DNA of 37,471 nt from a virus (IMGVR_UViG_3300026907_000062:1-37471), one strand, 5' to 3'. Shown: positions 1 to 8,199, counted from the stretch's first letter. A program made the numbers and translations. Notes: generated from the letters alone by a model not told the origin.

Positions 1-987
1 TCAATTTTCCCCCACACCTTTTCTGGGCGCCTTATGGGTGGAAATCTGCTGAAGTGCAGCCTGTAGAGAGTCGGTTGCAAGGTGAGCATAGCGCGCCGTG
101 GATGCGGTGGATTTGTGCCCTAGAACCTTCCCTACTGTATACAGAGGAACACCGGCCTGAACCATGTTGCTGGCCGTGCTGTGGCGCAGGTCATGCAGCG
201 TCAGTTCTGGGTGCCCAATTGCTGCCGCACCCTTCTTCAGCCAGATCATCAGAGAACGATAGCTGATCTTGGGGGGCAGGTGCTTGCGGGCATAGTGCGC
301 CACTTTCCCCATGACGGGGATATTGCGCGGCTCCCCGTTCTTGGTGTCCGCCAGTACGAAGTGATCGCCCTGCACCTTGGCTGACCAGACTTCGCCCCGC
401 CGCATACCAGAATAGAAGGCAATGAGCAGAAGCGCCCGGGCCGGCCGGTTGCTGATCTTGCGGCACATCCGCAGCATCCACGGGCGAGTGACGTAATTGC
501 GCCGTTCATTGCTGACTTCCGGCAGGGAGACATGGGACGCTGGGTCAGGGATATCCAGACGGCGATCCTTCCAGAGCGCCCGGCAGGCGGCGCGCACCAG
601 GGCGATCCGCTGCTTCATGGTGGCCGGCTTCCACTCTCCCGCCTCCTTTTCTTGAATGTCTCGGGATACGTCCGCCAGTTCATTGAGGCGCTTCCCCTTG
701 TAGTACTCGGCCGCCGCGGCTAAATGACGCGCCGCGTGCATGTACGACTTCAATTCCTTCTTCGTGTCCAGGTAATGCCTGACGGCGGTGTCGATGAGCG
801 GGACAACCTTCTCTATTCCCTGGGCTATCGCATAGAGGCGGCCGCTTTCCTCCCGGTCGAACTTGTCCGCCTGGGCTTGATTCCAAGCTTTTGGAAGTAG
901 CTTTGTAGCCCGGACTCTTCGGCCTTCAATAAGGCGGTCGAACTCAAAGCGATATCGACGGCGGCTTTTATCGAAGTAGATCGACAT
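1..987 (-). CDS. int: Tyrosine recombinase (phage integrase)
   Basis: Catalytic motifs YSGMRRGE (R), LHDLRH (HxxR), LGH...TARYAH (H, Y). Confidence 0.95.
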   Translation of the reverse strand: MSIYFDKSRRRYRFEFDRLIEGRRVRATKLLPKAWNQAQADKFDREESGRLYAIAQGIEKVVPLIDTAVRHYLDTKKELKSYMHAARHLAAAAEYYKGKRLNELADVSRDIQEKEAGEWKPATMKQRIALVRAACRALWKDRRLDIPDPASHVSLPEVSNERRNYVTRPWMLRMCRKISNRPARALLLIAFYSGMRRGEVWSAKVQGDHFVLADTKNGEPRNIPVMGKVAHYARKHLPPKISYRSLMIWLKKGAAAIGHPELTLHDLRHSTASNMVQAGVPLYTVGKVLGHKSTASTARYAHLATDSLQAALQQISTHKAPRKGVGEN

Positions 988-1142
988 TGTTGCTCGTACT
1001 CCTGAATGTCAATTTCATCAAACCGGATCAGTCTGCCGATCCTCGTGCAGGGGATCGGGCCACCCGGAGCGGCGAGCTGGCGCGCCTTGCTTTTGCTGAT
1101 GCGAAAGCGGCTGGCCAAATCGGCAGGCGTGAGGATAGACAT
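825..1142 (-). CDS. xis: Excisionase-like winged-HTH protein (105 aa)
   Basis: ATG at 1142 after GGAGG; MSILTPADLASRFRIS...IPCTRIGRLIRFDEIDI is Xis/HTH_17-like; overlaps the int start. Confidence 0.75.
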   Translation of the reverse strand: MSILTPADLASRFRISKSKARQLAAPGGPIPCTRIGRLIRFDEIDIQEYEQQCRSTSIKAAVDIALSSTALLKAEESGLQSYFQKLGIKPRRTSSTGRKAAASMR

Positions 1143-1151
1143 ATCGCCTCC

Positions 1152-1176
1152 AAAACAAAGCCCGCGGTGAGCGGGC
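1152..1176 (-). terminator. Intrinsic terminator-like hairpin fused to the xis RBS
   Basis: Minus strand GCCCGC-TCACC-GCGGGC-TTTGTTTT then GGAGG. Confidence 0.6.
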
Positions 1177-1180
1177 CTTA

Positions 1181-1318
1181 TTAGTCTTCCATCTCGATGA
1201 TTACGTGCATGAACCGGATCTCGTTCTCCGGCACGTTGAACAGGAAGTTCATCCATGAGATGAAGCCGGACGTGAACCAGCCGCATCCCAGCTTTCGTAG
1301 GGCTAGGTAGCGTCTCAT
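1181..1318 (-). CDS. Small hypothetical protein (45 aa, MRRYLALRKLGCGWFTSGFISWMNFLFNVPENEIRFMHVIIEMED)
   Basis: Translated by hand (below the ORF-track cutoff); ATG directly follows the upstream TAG; AAGGTGG upstream. Confidence 0.55.
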   Translation of the reverse strand: MRRYLALRKLGCGWFTSGFISWMNFLFNVPENEIRFMHVIIEMED

Positions 1319-1474
1319 CTAATCCACCTTCACACTTGAGCCGCAGACAAAGGCAGCGGTGACGAACAGGAACCAGCCCCAGCCATCTACGCCGTGGTAG
1401 ATCAGGTAGGCTGACATACCCATCATTGCTGTCTTGGCACCGGCCCATAAGGCCATAATAAAAATGTCCTTCAC
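1319..1474 (-). CDS. Small membrane protein (51 aa, MKDIFIMALWAGAKTAMMGMSAYLIYHGVDGWGWFLFVTAAFVCGSSVKVD)
   Basis: GTG at 1474 after GGAGG; two hydrophobic segments around GWGW. Confidence 0.6.
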   Translation of the reverse strand: MKDIFIMALWAGAKTAMMGMSAYLIYHGVDGWGWFLFVTAAFVCGSSVKVD

Positions 1475-1479
1475 GTCCT

Positions 1480-1510
1480 GCCTCCAAAACGAAGCCCGCG
1501 CTAGGCGGGC
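1480..1510 (-). repeat. Second copy of the 31-bp hairpin+U-tract+RBS module (first copy 1146-1176)
   Basis: gcctccaaaac[a/g]aagcccgcg[gtga/ctag]gcgggc, 27/31 identical; three of the four differences are in the loop. Confidence 0.8.
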
Positions 1511-1555
1511 TGTATCCAGTGCTTCTTTGTGGTGTCCAGCAGGCGCTGGATTGCT

Positions 1556-1882
1556 TCATTCACTTCGGGTTTTTCCTATTTCTGCTGCCGCTTCTACGAT
1601 GGCGCGTCGCGTCGCCTTGTAAGAGTGGTCCGGGTGCACGAAGACATGCTCGGATGACAAACATTCTCCTTCCCACGTGAACACTTCGGTTTCGTGGTGC
1701 TGTATATCGATGGTCAGCGCTAGCTTCACCGCCAAGCGCAGCGCCTGTGCGTCATCCTTTAGCGGGTTCCACCTTGCTATCGGGCTTCCATCGGTTTCGA
1801 CAATCCAGACTTCGAATCTGTCCGACCGCGTGATGTGCCCAGCAGCCTTTGCCGATAACTCGAGCAATTCTCGATCGTTCAC
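1556..1882 (-). CDS. Conserved phage hypothetical protein
   Basis: WNPLxDDAQALRLAVKL and ATRRAIVEAAA motifs typical of small early phage proteins; coupled to the upstream ORF. Confidence 0.75.
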   Translation of the reverse strand: MNDRELLELSAKAAGHITRSDRFEVWIVETDGSPIARWNPLKDDAQALRLAVKLALTIDIQHHETEVFTWEGECLSSEHVFVHPDHSYKATRRAIVEAAAEIGKTRSE

Positions 1883-2994
1883 TGTTGCTCCAATTCAAAA
1901 TTGAGGATGAAGGCGTCCAGATTCTGGTAATCGCTGTCGAACTCCGGCATACGAGCGCTCGCCGCTGCCAATGCCCGACGCGCACTTCTTAGTGCTTTCA
2001 TCGCATCGGGTAGCCGCATTCCATCCGTTGCCAGCGCCACCAGCTCGTCGCGCTCTACGCGGCTGATAGTCACTGCCTCGCCGAATGGCTTACAGCAGGT
2101 CGAGCGCTGGGCTATCTGCTCCAATTGCTCCTTGTCCATTACTGCTCCTTGTTGTCGGTGGTGCGGGCGGCAGGTAGCGCAGTTGCAGCCCTTCTGCGCG
2201 CCCGGTTGCGCGGACAGGGCGGCGCGTAGCTCGACGAGGCCGTGCAGAATGGCCGGCCAGTTGACTGGCCAGTCTTGGCCCGCCGGAGCGGCGTTCTCGA
2301 TGGCGTCGATGGCGAGGTTCAGCGCGAGTTGCCAGCCTCGCGGGAGCGTGGGTACCGCCTCGCTGGCCTGGGGCGCGGCATACACGGAGTCCCCGGGGCG
2401 CATGCCAGGTGCGACGACTGCCAGCCGGTAGGTATCGCGGCGTTCGTCCAGAACCATCCCCACCGGCTCAGGGCTGGCCTGGGGCGCGGCATAGAGCGGC
2501 ACCGGCCGGAAGCCCTTCGCGGCCAACGCTGGCTCATGCTTCTTCATCGTGACCTGGGTCAGCTCGGGTTTCTTCCGGCATTGATGCAACCACGCCACCG
2601 GCTGCGCCTCCCCGGCTACAGGGGCGCTTGCCAGGGCGGCGGCGCGAGACTTGGCTTGTTGCGGAGTGCTGCCGTAGACACGGGCGACAACCTCGTCACC
2701 GGCCCACAACTGCACCCACCAATCGCCCAGGCCCGGATATTCGTCCTGGCTCATCGTTGGGAGATTGCCAACCCGGAGCGGTGGCATCGGCCCATCGGCT
2801 ACAGTGGTGCGCAGCTTGGACAGCAGGGCGCGCAATTCCTCCATGGCGGATCCGATTTCTTGGAATGCCTGATCGTGAAAGCTCACCATAGACCGGCATT
2901 CGTGTAGCACGTCGTGCGCGCGCTGAACGGCGTCCATAAGCGCGGTTTCCTGCATTGCCGCCTGGGCGGCGGGGGTGTGGTCGGTCAGAGACAT
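1879..2994 (-). CDS. Mosaic Ea/Ead-like early protein; probably includes a separately initiated C-terminal gene (1879-2139)
   Basis: 371-aa ORF with linker motifs ASAPVAGEAQPVAW, YAAPQAS twice, AALSAQPG; internal AAGGAG+ATG at 2139. Confidence 0.7.
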   Translation of the reverse strand: MSLTDHTPAAQAAMQETALMDAVQRAHDVLHECRSMVSFHDQAFQEIGSAMEELRALLSKLRTTVADGPMPPLRVGNLPTMSQDEYPGLGDWWVQLWAGDEVVARVYGSTPQQAKSRAAALASAPVAGEAQPVAWLHQCRKKPELTQVTMKKHEPALAAKGFRPVPLYAAPQASPEPVGMVLDERRDTYRLAVVAPGMRPGDSVYAAPQASEAVPTLPRGWQLALNLAIDAIENAAPAGQDWPVNWPAILHGLVELRAALSAQPGAQKGCNCATCRPHHRQQGAVMDKEQLEQIAQRSTCCKPFGEAVTISRVERDELVALATDGMRLPDAMKALRSARRALAAASARMPEFDSDYQNLDAFILNFELEQQ

Positions 2995-4037
2995 TTCATG
3001 CTCTCCTCGATGAAGATTTGCGCTTGCTGCGCATTGATCGCGTTGCCGTAGGCGCGCAGGCGTCCCACTCGGGCGGGAGCCCCATGAGCCAGCGGGAATG
3101 TGCCGGGTTCAACTGGCCGCCACTTTCCATCCCGGCAGGGGAGCCAGTCAGCAGCTCGCCAGAAGCCGTTAACCGGGCCGGGCCGCTGATCGCTGCGAAG
3201 TCCTGGAGGCGCTGTTGCACCTTCGTTCCGTCCGCCCGCGTCATGCTCAAGGCCGATTCCGGCTTGCCCGTTCTGTCGTTGTTGCACGAGGGAGTCGGCC
3301 AGCCGGCCAATGCCACTTGATGCGTCAGCATTGTGGGGGCCGAGTTTCCAGTCTTGCCGATTGACCTGGCCACATACTGATCCCCAGTTCCGCCCGGTTC
3401 GCTCGCCGTAGGGGTTCCCCAGCTCGCCAGATGCACCGCTATGTCCGCCAGTCCAATCTGCGGATCCGTGGGTTTGCGGCCGGTTGTGATCGGCGGCCGG
3501 GGCTTGGCGTCCACGAGCGTGCTGCTGGGCGTCGGCCACGAAGTAAGTCCGTTCGCGCTTATGGGGTGCGCCGACAGCCGCAGAAGGGAACGCGACAGCA
3601 GCGGCCGCAAAACCCATGGCTTCCAGGTCAGCCGAAACAAGGTCGAGCCAAGGCTCTGCGTCCTTGCTTGCAACCTGCTCGCCAAAGACGATTGGAGGGC
3701 GGCGCTCCTGGATGAGCCAGTGCCAGGCCGGCCAAAGGTGCCGCTCGTCATCAAACGCAGTTCCTTTGCCTGCCGCGGAGAAAGGTTGGCAGGGGCAGGA
3801 ACCGGTCCAAACAGGTCGATCATCGGACCATCCGGCGCGCCGAAGGGCATACGACCAGACGCCGATGCCGGCGAAGAAATGGCACTGTGTGTAGCTGCGA
3901 AGGTCATCGGGGTGCACGTCCTCAATGCTGCGTTCGTCCACGTCGCCCGGCGCAATGTGGCCGGCGGCGATCAGGTTGCGGAGCCAGTCGGCGGCGTAGG
4001 GGTCGATCTCGTTGTAATAGGCGGCGGCGCGGCCCAT
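2985..4037 (-). CDS. DNA cytosine-C5 methyltransferase, alpha (catalytic) polypeptide
   Basis: Motif I FFAGIG, IV GSCPCQPFS, VI FGEQV, VIII GAPHKRER, X RLRAYGNAI; motif IX not found in this frame. Confidence 0.9.
   Translation of the reverse strand: MGRAAAYYNEIDPYAADWLRNLIAAGHIAPGDVDERSIEDVHPDDLRSYTQCHFFAGIGVWSYALRRAGWSDDRPVWTGSCPCQPFSAAGKGTAFDDERHLWPAWHWLIQERRPPIVFGEQVASKDAEPWLDLVSADLEAMGFAAAAVAFPSAAVGAPHKRERTYFVADAQQHARGRQAPAADHNRPQTHGSADWTGGHSGASGELGNPYGERTGRNWGSVCGQVNRQDWKLGPHNADASSGIGRLADSLVQQRQNGQAGIGLEHDAGGRNEGATAPPGLRSDQRPGPVNGFWRAADWLPCRDGKWRPVEPGTFPLAHGAPARVGRLRAYGNAINAQQAQIFIEESMKCL
2996..3751 (-). CDS. Nested alternative-frame ORF: putative methyltransferase beta polypeptide (three W(P/G)TP repeats plus motif IX); start uncertain (frame open to 3955)
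   Basis: 960-nt open frame inside the MTase gene; LNPAHSRWLMGLPPEW resembles motif IX; ATG at 3751 has AAAGGA upstream. Confidence 0.65.
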   Translation of the reverse strand: MTSGTFGRPGTGSSRSAALQSSLASRLQARTQSLGSTLFRLTWKPWVLRPLLSRSLLRLSAHPISANGLTSWPTPSSTLVDAKPRPPITTGRKPTDPQIGLADIAVHLASWGTPTASEPGGTGDQYVARSIGKTGNSAPTMLTHQVALAGWPTPSCNNDRTGKPESALSMTRADGTKVQQRLQDFAAISGPARLTASGELLTGSPAGMESGGQLNPAHSRWLMGLPPEWDACAPTATRSMRSKRKSSSRRA

Positions 4038-4742
4038 TCACCCCTCCTGCTGCTGAGAGGCTGCAATTGATGCGTCAACGACAGCATCAAGTGTCGAGCC
4101 ATGGAGCGCCCAGAATCCAATCGGCGTGTTGGGATAGACCTGAAGCCGCCAGATCGTATTGGCTGCCTTCATGCGCGCGATTTCTTCCGGGGTGTCGTCT
4201 TGAAAGTCTTCCGGGCAACTGTCTATCCATTCCGCCGCAGACAGGTAATTGCACGCGTGGTCACCATCCCGCGTCAGATGCAAGGAGTTGCAGGCATGGT
4301 CGCGCAGCCGGCGATAGCGTGCCGCATCCCGCGCATCGCCAGCAGCGGGAGCGGCAACGGAGGCACGCGCCTGCCATGCGTCCCACGCACGACGAGCGTA
4401 GGTAAGCGAGTAGGAGTCGCCGTGGCGCTCTGTGCCCAGCCCTTGTGATCGCATCCAGCTTTCGAACGCTGTCCGCTCGTCCTTCGCATCGTCCTGTGCG
4501 CTGGCGGGAGGGTTGGGAGCGTCAGGGAAGGCAGGCAAATCCATCCAGTGTGACGGGACCAGACGAGCAAACGGCTGTCCAACGTAGCATTGCGCGATCC
4601 AGCCGAAGCCGTTGTTGTCGAACGATCCGACCACGCGCGTGCTTGCCGTGGCGTCGACGTGTCGGGCGAACAGCAGTACAGGCGTTCCGTCCTTGGGTGC
4701 GCTGCTTATCGGCTTCCAGCCGGCGAGGAGGGTGGTGGTCAT
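4038..4742 (-). CDS. Modular early protein with a DUF551-like N-terminus
   Basis: WKPISSAPKDGTPVLL...PSHWMDLP; AWDAWQARA and DARDAARYRRLR linkers. Confidence 0.75.
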   Translation of the reverse strand: MTTTLLAGWKPISSAPKDGTPVLLFARHVDATASTRVVGSFDNNGFGWIAQCYVGQPFARLVPSHWMDLPAFPDAPNPPASAQDDAKDERTAFESWMRSQGLGTERHGDSYSLTYARRAWDAWQARASVAAPAAGDARDAARYRRLRDHACNSLHLTRDGDHACNYLSAAEWIDSCPEDFQDDTPEEIARMKAANTIWRLQVYPNTPIGFWALHGSTLDAVVDASIAASQQQEG

Positions 4743-4744
4743 GG

Positions 4745-4900
4745 TCAGGCTCCAGTGAAAAGGGTCAGCAGATAGCGCCAGAGGAAGTAGAGGCCAGCGT
4801 TAAACAGCGCCAGCCCGATGATTGCGCCCGGAAGACCCCATCGCATGACGCAGCTTTCAACGAAGTCATCGTCGGGCTCAGGCAGATCGTCTGTTTCCAT
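4745..4900 (-). CDS. Small single-pass membrane protein
   Basis: ATG at 4900 after GGAG; acidic N-terminus followed by a hydrophobic helix. Confidence 0.55.
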   Translation of the reverse strand: METDDLPEPDDDFVESCVMRWGLPGAIIGLALFNAGLYFLWRYLLTLFTGA

Positions 4901-4983
4901 TTGGGATCTCCAAGGCAATAGGAGGGCAGCCCCGCCAGCCTTGCGGGGATACAAGGGGTTAGTGCTGGGGGACTGTCGGGAGA

Positions 4984-5442
4984 CTAGAACGGGATGTCGT
5001 CGTCCATGTCCGCCAGATTGGCGGCTGGTGCTTGTTCGGGAGGCGACTGGCGCGGCTGTGGCTGGCGTGCGGGACGCTGAGCGGACTCTCGATCCACCTC
5101 GTCGCCTTTTCCTCCAAGCATCTGCATCTGGTCAGCCACTACCTCAGTGGCGTAGCGATCAGCGCCCGTGTCCTTGTCCTGCCACTTGCGCGTCTTCAGG
5201 CGGCCTTCGATGTAGACCGAGCGGCCCTTCTTCAGGTATTCGCCGGCGATTTCAGCCAGGCGGTTGTACATGACGACGCGGTGCCATTCGACCTCTTCGC
5301 GTTTCTCGCCGCTGGCTTTATCCTTCCAGCTGGAAGTGGTCGCCAGGGAGAGATTGCAGATGGCAGTCCCTTCGCCGCTGTATCGCACTTCCGGGTCACG
5401 TCCCAAGTTCCCGATGAGAATGACCTTGTTGACTGATGCCAT
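4984..5442 (-). CDS. ssb: Single-stranded DNA-binding protein
   Basis: [18 protein letters not shown]...EWHRVV; acidic tail DDDIPF. Confidence 0.98.
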   Translation of the reverse strand: MASVNKVILIGNLGRDPEVRYSGEGTAICNLSLATTSSWKDKASGEKREEVEWHRVVMYNRLAEIAGEYLKKGRSVYIEGRLKTRKWQDKDTGADRYATEVVADQMQMLGGKGDEVDRESAQRPARQPQPRQSPPEQAPAANLADMDDDIPF

Positions 5443-5445
5443 GTC

Positions 5446-6084
5446 CTATCCTTGATGTTCAGCAGCTATTCGCTGCATGGCGTCGATGACGTATTCCTGG
5501 GCCGCGCGAGCGCGGGTTTCCATCTTTTCTTCCAAACCTCGGTCACGGGTGTACTGGACGCGGGTGATGCGCAGCACCTCGTCGATGTGGTCAACGTAGT
5601 GCAGGTCCGGATCCTCGTAACCCACAAGCTCATCTGGGGTGTTGACAAGGCAGTAAGCAACCTCAGCTTCCTCCACATCCCACAGCTTCATGTAACCGCG
5701 CATCTGCCATTCATACTCTTTGCTGGATCCCATAGCGGCGGTGGCAGGAAATGTATGCAGTGACCAGGCCGACTTGATATCGATGATCTTGGAGCCGGTG
5801 AAGATGTCGCATTCGCCGGTTAGATACTCGGTCTCGCGACGGTCTGTGTTCTTGGCATAGTTGGTGAAGAAGACCGAGTTGTATAAGGCAATGGCCTGAT
5901 CCTCCACGATCTTTCCCTTTTCCATGTACTTGGCGCTCGGGCTGTACGTGTAGCCGTAGACCAGCTCCTTAGCCACACCTTCCAAGTACGTTTTGGCGCC
6001 ATCCGACAGGGCCGCAGACTTGACCTTGGGGTCCGTCATGATCACAGAAAGGGAAGAGCAGCGAACCTTAAACAGTGGCTTCAC
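5446..6084 (-). CDS. Phage exonuclease (YqaJ/lambda-exo-like PD-(D/E)xK)
   Basis: GECD...IIDIKS, YEWQMRGYM motifs; adjacent to ssb. Confidence 0.8.
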   Translation of the reverse strand: MKPLFKVRCSSLSVIMTDPKVKSAALSDGAKTYLEGVAKELVYGYTYSPSAKYMEKGKIVEDQAIALYNSVFFTNYAKNTDRRETEYLTGECDIFTGSKIIDIKSAWSLHTFPATAAMGSSKEYEWQMRGYMKLWDVEEAEVAYCLVNTPDELVGYEDPDLHYVDHIDEVLRITRVQYTRDRGLEEKMETRARAAQEYVIDAMQRIAAEHQG

Positions 6085-6553
6085 TTAGTGCCTCCTCAAG
6101 TGCCTTCTCCTGCTCAGGCGTCAGGCTGAAGTTGGCCCGTAGCTTGTCCGTGGTGTAGCTGCCTTCCTTGATCGACTGGATGGCCTTGCTGAACCGCTCT
6201 GCGTTGATAGTCGGCGGCTTCTTCACCGTCACTTTTGGGCGCACTCGCAGGCATTCCACGGTTTCCCCGGCCAACTTCGTAGTGCTGGCGTACAGCGTGA
6301 TCGGCTTCCCAGCCCAGTCCTCGATGTAAGGCCCGTACAGCTTGGCGATCATCTTGGAATTGGTGACATTCAGGATCATCGGCTTCTGCCCAACCAGGCG
6401 GGCGACGGTGCAATCTTCCTTCTTGCCGCCTGTCCCGGTGACCGTTTCCTGTTGCACCCAGTCAATCGTCACCGTAAGGTCCTGACCTTCTTCCAGCGCA
6501 TAGGCTCCGATGTAGTCAGGGTTGATCAGGAGCTTCCAGTGTGTCTTGGACAT
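6068..6553 (-). CDS. Conserved phage protein in the recombinase slot
   Basis: KTHWK...NPDYIGAY, MILNVTNSK, IEDWAGKPITLY; lies upstream of exo-ssb. Confidence 0.75.
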   Translation of the reverse strand: MSKTHWKLLINPDYIGAYALEEGQDLTVTIDWVQQETVTGTGGKKEDCTVARLVGQKPMILNVTNSKMIAKLYGPYIEDWAGKPITLYASTTKLAGETVECLRVRPKVTVKKPPTINAERFSKAIQSIKEGSYTTDKLRANFSLTPEQEKALEEALSEATV

Positions 6554-6555
6554 GT

Positions 6556-6726
6556 CTATTCCTTTGCGGCGTATCGGGTGCCGCCGTCCTTCGCCCAGCG
6601 CTCGGCGGATTCATGGTCGGCCTGCTGGACGCTTGCCAGAGCGCCTACGATGGCGCAAATGAGCGAAAAAATACCCACGGCGGTGTGGGCATCGGTTTGG
6701 AGAATCTTGCGCAGGAGGCGGGTCAT
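6556..6726 (-). CDS. Small membrane protein
   Basis: ATG at 6726 after AGGAG; one hydrophobic helix. Confidence 0.6.
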   Translation of the reverse strand: MTRLLRKILQTDAHTAVGIFSLICAIVGALASVQQADHESAERWAKDGGTRYAAKE

Positions 6727-7076
6727 GTTTTCTCTCCTATGGCTTTGGCTATAGCGGCTCGGGACTTGGAGATAGCGGCAGGCCACCCGTAGTCGGTAGC
6801 ACCCGCAATTGCCGATTCGTCCACCTCATGCAGGAGCAATTGCAGCGCCGACAACAGCTCGGGCGCGGCGGCGATCAGCTGGGCGTTGGCTTTCTGGATC
6901 GCCAGCTTTTCGCTAGAAATGGTCTCAGCGACGAACTGTGCAACGTCTGAATAGTGCGGCGTGTACGGCGCGCCTTCCGCCTGAGAAATGTGAAAGCGCA
7001 GACCAGCGCCTGGGAAAGTCTCGAAGGGTTCGCCGGTATACCAGGGACCAGGCGTAAATTTCGTCGTCATCGTCAC
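6723..7076 (-). CDS. Conserved phage hypothetical protein
   Basis: FTPGPW...ANAQLIAAAPELL motif common in early phage proteins. Confidence 0.8.
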   Translation of the reverse strand: MTMTTKFTPGPWYTGEPFETFPGAGLRFHISQAEGAPYTPHYSDVAQFVAETISSEKLAIQKANAQLIAAAPELLSALQLLLHEVDESAIAGATDYGWPAAISKSRAAIAKAIGEKT

Positions 7077-7345
7077 CCCTCCAATTCAGTTTTGATCGCG
7101 TGCTTGATATCCCTTTGAAGGGCCAAGCACCACTGCGAATTTCTGTTCATCACCGCGTACAAGATCGCCAGGTGGTCAGCAGGACCAAGATTGGCGAAGA
7201 AATCAGCCTGCTCCAGCCGCTTGGCCCAGAACAGCGCGTCATGCCCGTCTGCGTCCCAGCTAGCAGGGTTGCCCAGCGTCTCGCATACGTCTTGCACGGT
7301 GGCGGTGAGTATCAGGAATTGCTCGTCTCCGTGCCATCTATCCAT
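7073..7345 (-). CDS. Hypothetical protein
   Basis: ATG at 7345 after GGAGA, overlapping the upstream stop. Confidence 0.55.
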   Translation of the reverse strand: MDRWHGDEQFLILTATVQDVCETLGNPASWDADGHDALFWAKRLEQADFFANLGPADHLAILYAVMNRNSQWCLALQRDIKHAIKTELEG

Positions 7346-7640
7346 GGTCGTTCTCCGGGATGAGGGCAAGCGGTATGCTGAATACGACTTGCGATGCGGT
7401 GGGCATGGCGGTCCGTTTGGTAACGTCAGTCGACACGCGGCCGTCCTCAGTCATCCACGCCACCGGCTCCTGCGCCGCCAGAGCCTCGCGTACAGCCTGC
7501 TCGGCGTAGGCGATAGCCCAGATACGCAATTCGTCTTCGTTCCACCCATCGATAGGCCAGTCGCCCTCATCGCACGGGATCACATCGATAATGGTCTGCT
7601 CTGGAAGAGGAGGCAGGGGCGGCAGATTTATCTTGCTCAT
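7338..7640 (-). CDS. Hypothetical protein
   Basis: Coupled ORF with a QEPVAW linker. Confidence 0.65.
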   Translation of the reverse strand: MSKINLPPLPPLPEQTIIDVIPCDEGDWPIDGWNEDELRIWAIAYAEQAVREALAAQEPVAWMTEDGRVSTDVTKRTAMPTASQVVFSIPLALIPENDHG

Positions 7641-8017
7641 GGGCGTTCCTTGTCCTGTTTTTGGTCGGCGCGTTCAAACTCGTGGCGATAGCCTGCGGCC
7701 ATCCGCTTGAATGCCTGTGTTGTTGTGACGCGTAGCTTCGCTTTGCCGAAGGTTCGCCCGTTCGGATCCACGAAGCTGCGAAGGAAGAACGTGCGCTCCG
7801 GGAACTTGCCGGGCTTGTGGCGGCTGACGACCTCCAGCACCATCTGGCCCATGCCATCGGCAATCGCCACCTGGTCAGGGTCATACAGATATCCGCTGTC
7901 CCTCACCTCGAAGCGGACGCCAGGCCGCCAGGTCTTCCCGTCGAAGAACTCTCCGTCCTTCGGGCCGCTGTACTCTTCCAGCGCGAACGGGTACGCAACG
8001 CGGAAAGTCTCCATCAC
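7637..8017 (-). CDS. Conserved phage hypothetical protein
   Basis: Coupled ORF; WRPGVRFE, HKPGKFPERTFF motifs. Confidence 0.7.
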   Translation of the reverse strand: MMETFRVAYPFALEEYSGPKDGEFFDGKTWRPGVRFEVRDSGYLYDPDQVAIADGMGQMVLEVVSRHKPGKFPERTFFLRSFVDPNGRTFGKAKLRVTTTQAFKRMAAGYRHEFERADQKQDKERP

Positions 8018-8199
8018 GCCGCCTTCACGTCTTCCGCGTACATCGTGCGGTAGTACTTGAATTCAGGCTCAAACGCCTGTTCCAGCCGCTGGCGTTTCTC
8101 CGCGTCCAGAGCAAGCCAGCATGCGGCAAGCTTCTGCACGCCATTGCCGCCGTACTTCTGCATCGTGGCCACAGCTTGGGTGGTGGTAATCGTGTCCAT
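8014..8199 (-). CDS. Small phage hypothetical protein
   Basis: AAGGAG RBS; MQKYGG..VQKLA..W..LD...RLEQAF motif. Confidence 0.7.
   Translation of the reverse strand: MDTITTTQAVATMQKYGGNGVQKLAACWLALDAEKRQRLEQAFEPEFKYYRTMYAEDVKAA

Noticed and set aside
825..1559. 244-aa ORF from the track as one gene
   Set aside because: Its upstream half crosses two terminator/RBS modules and two better small ORFs; only the part from ATG 1142 looks like Xis
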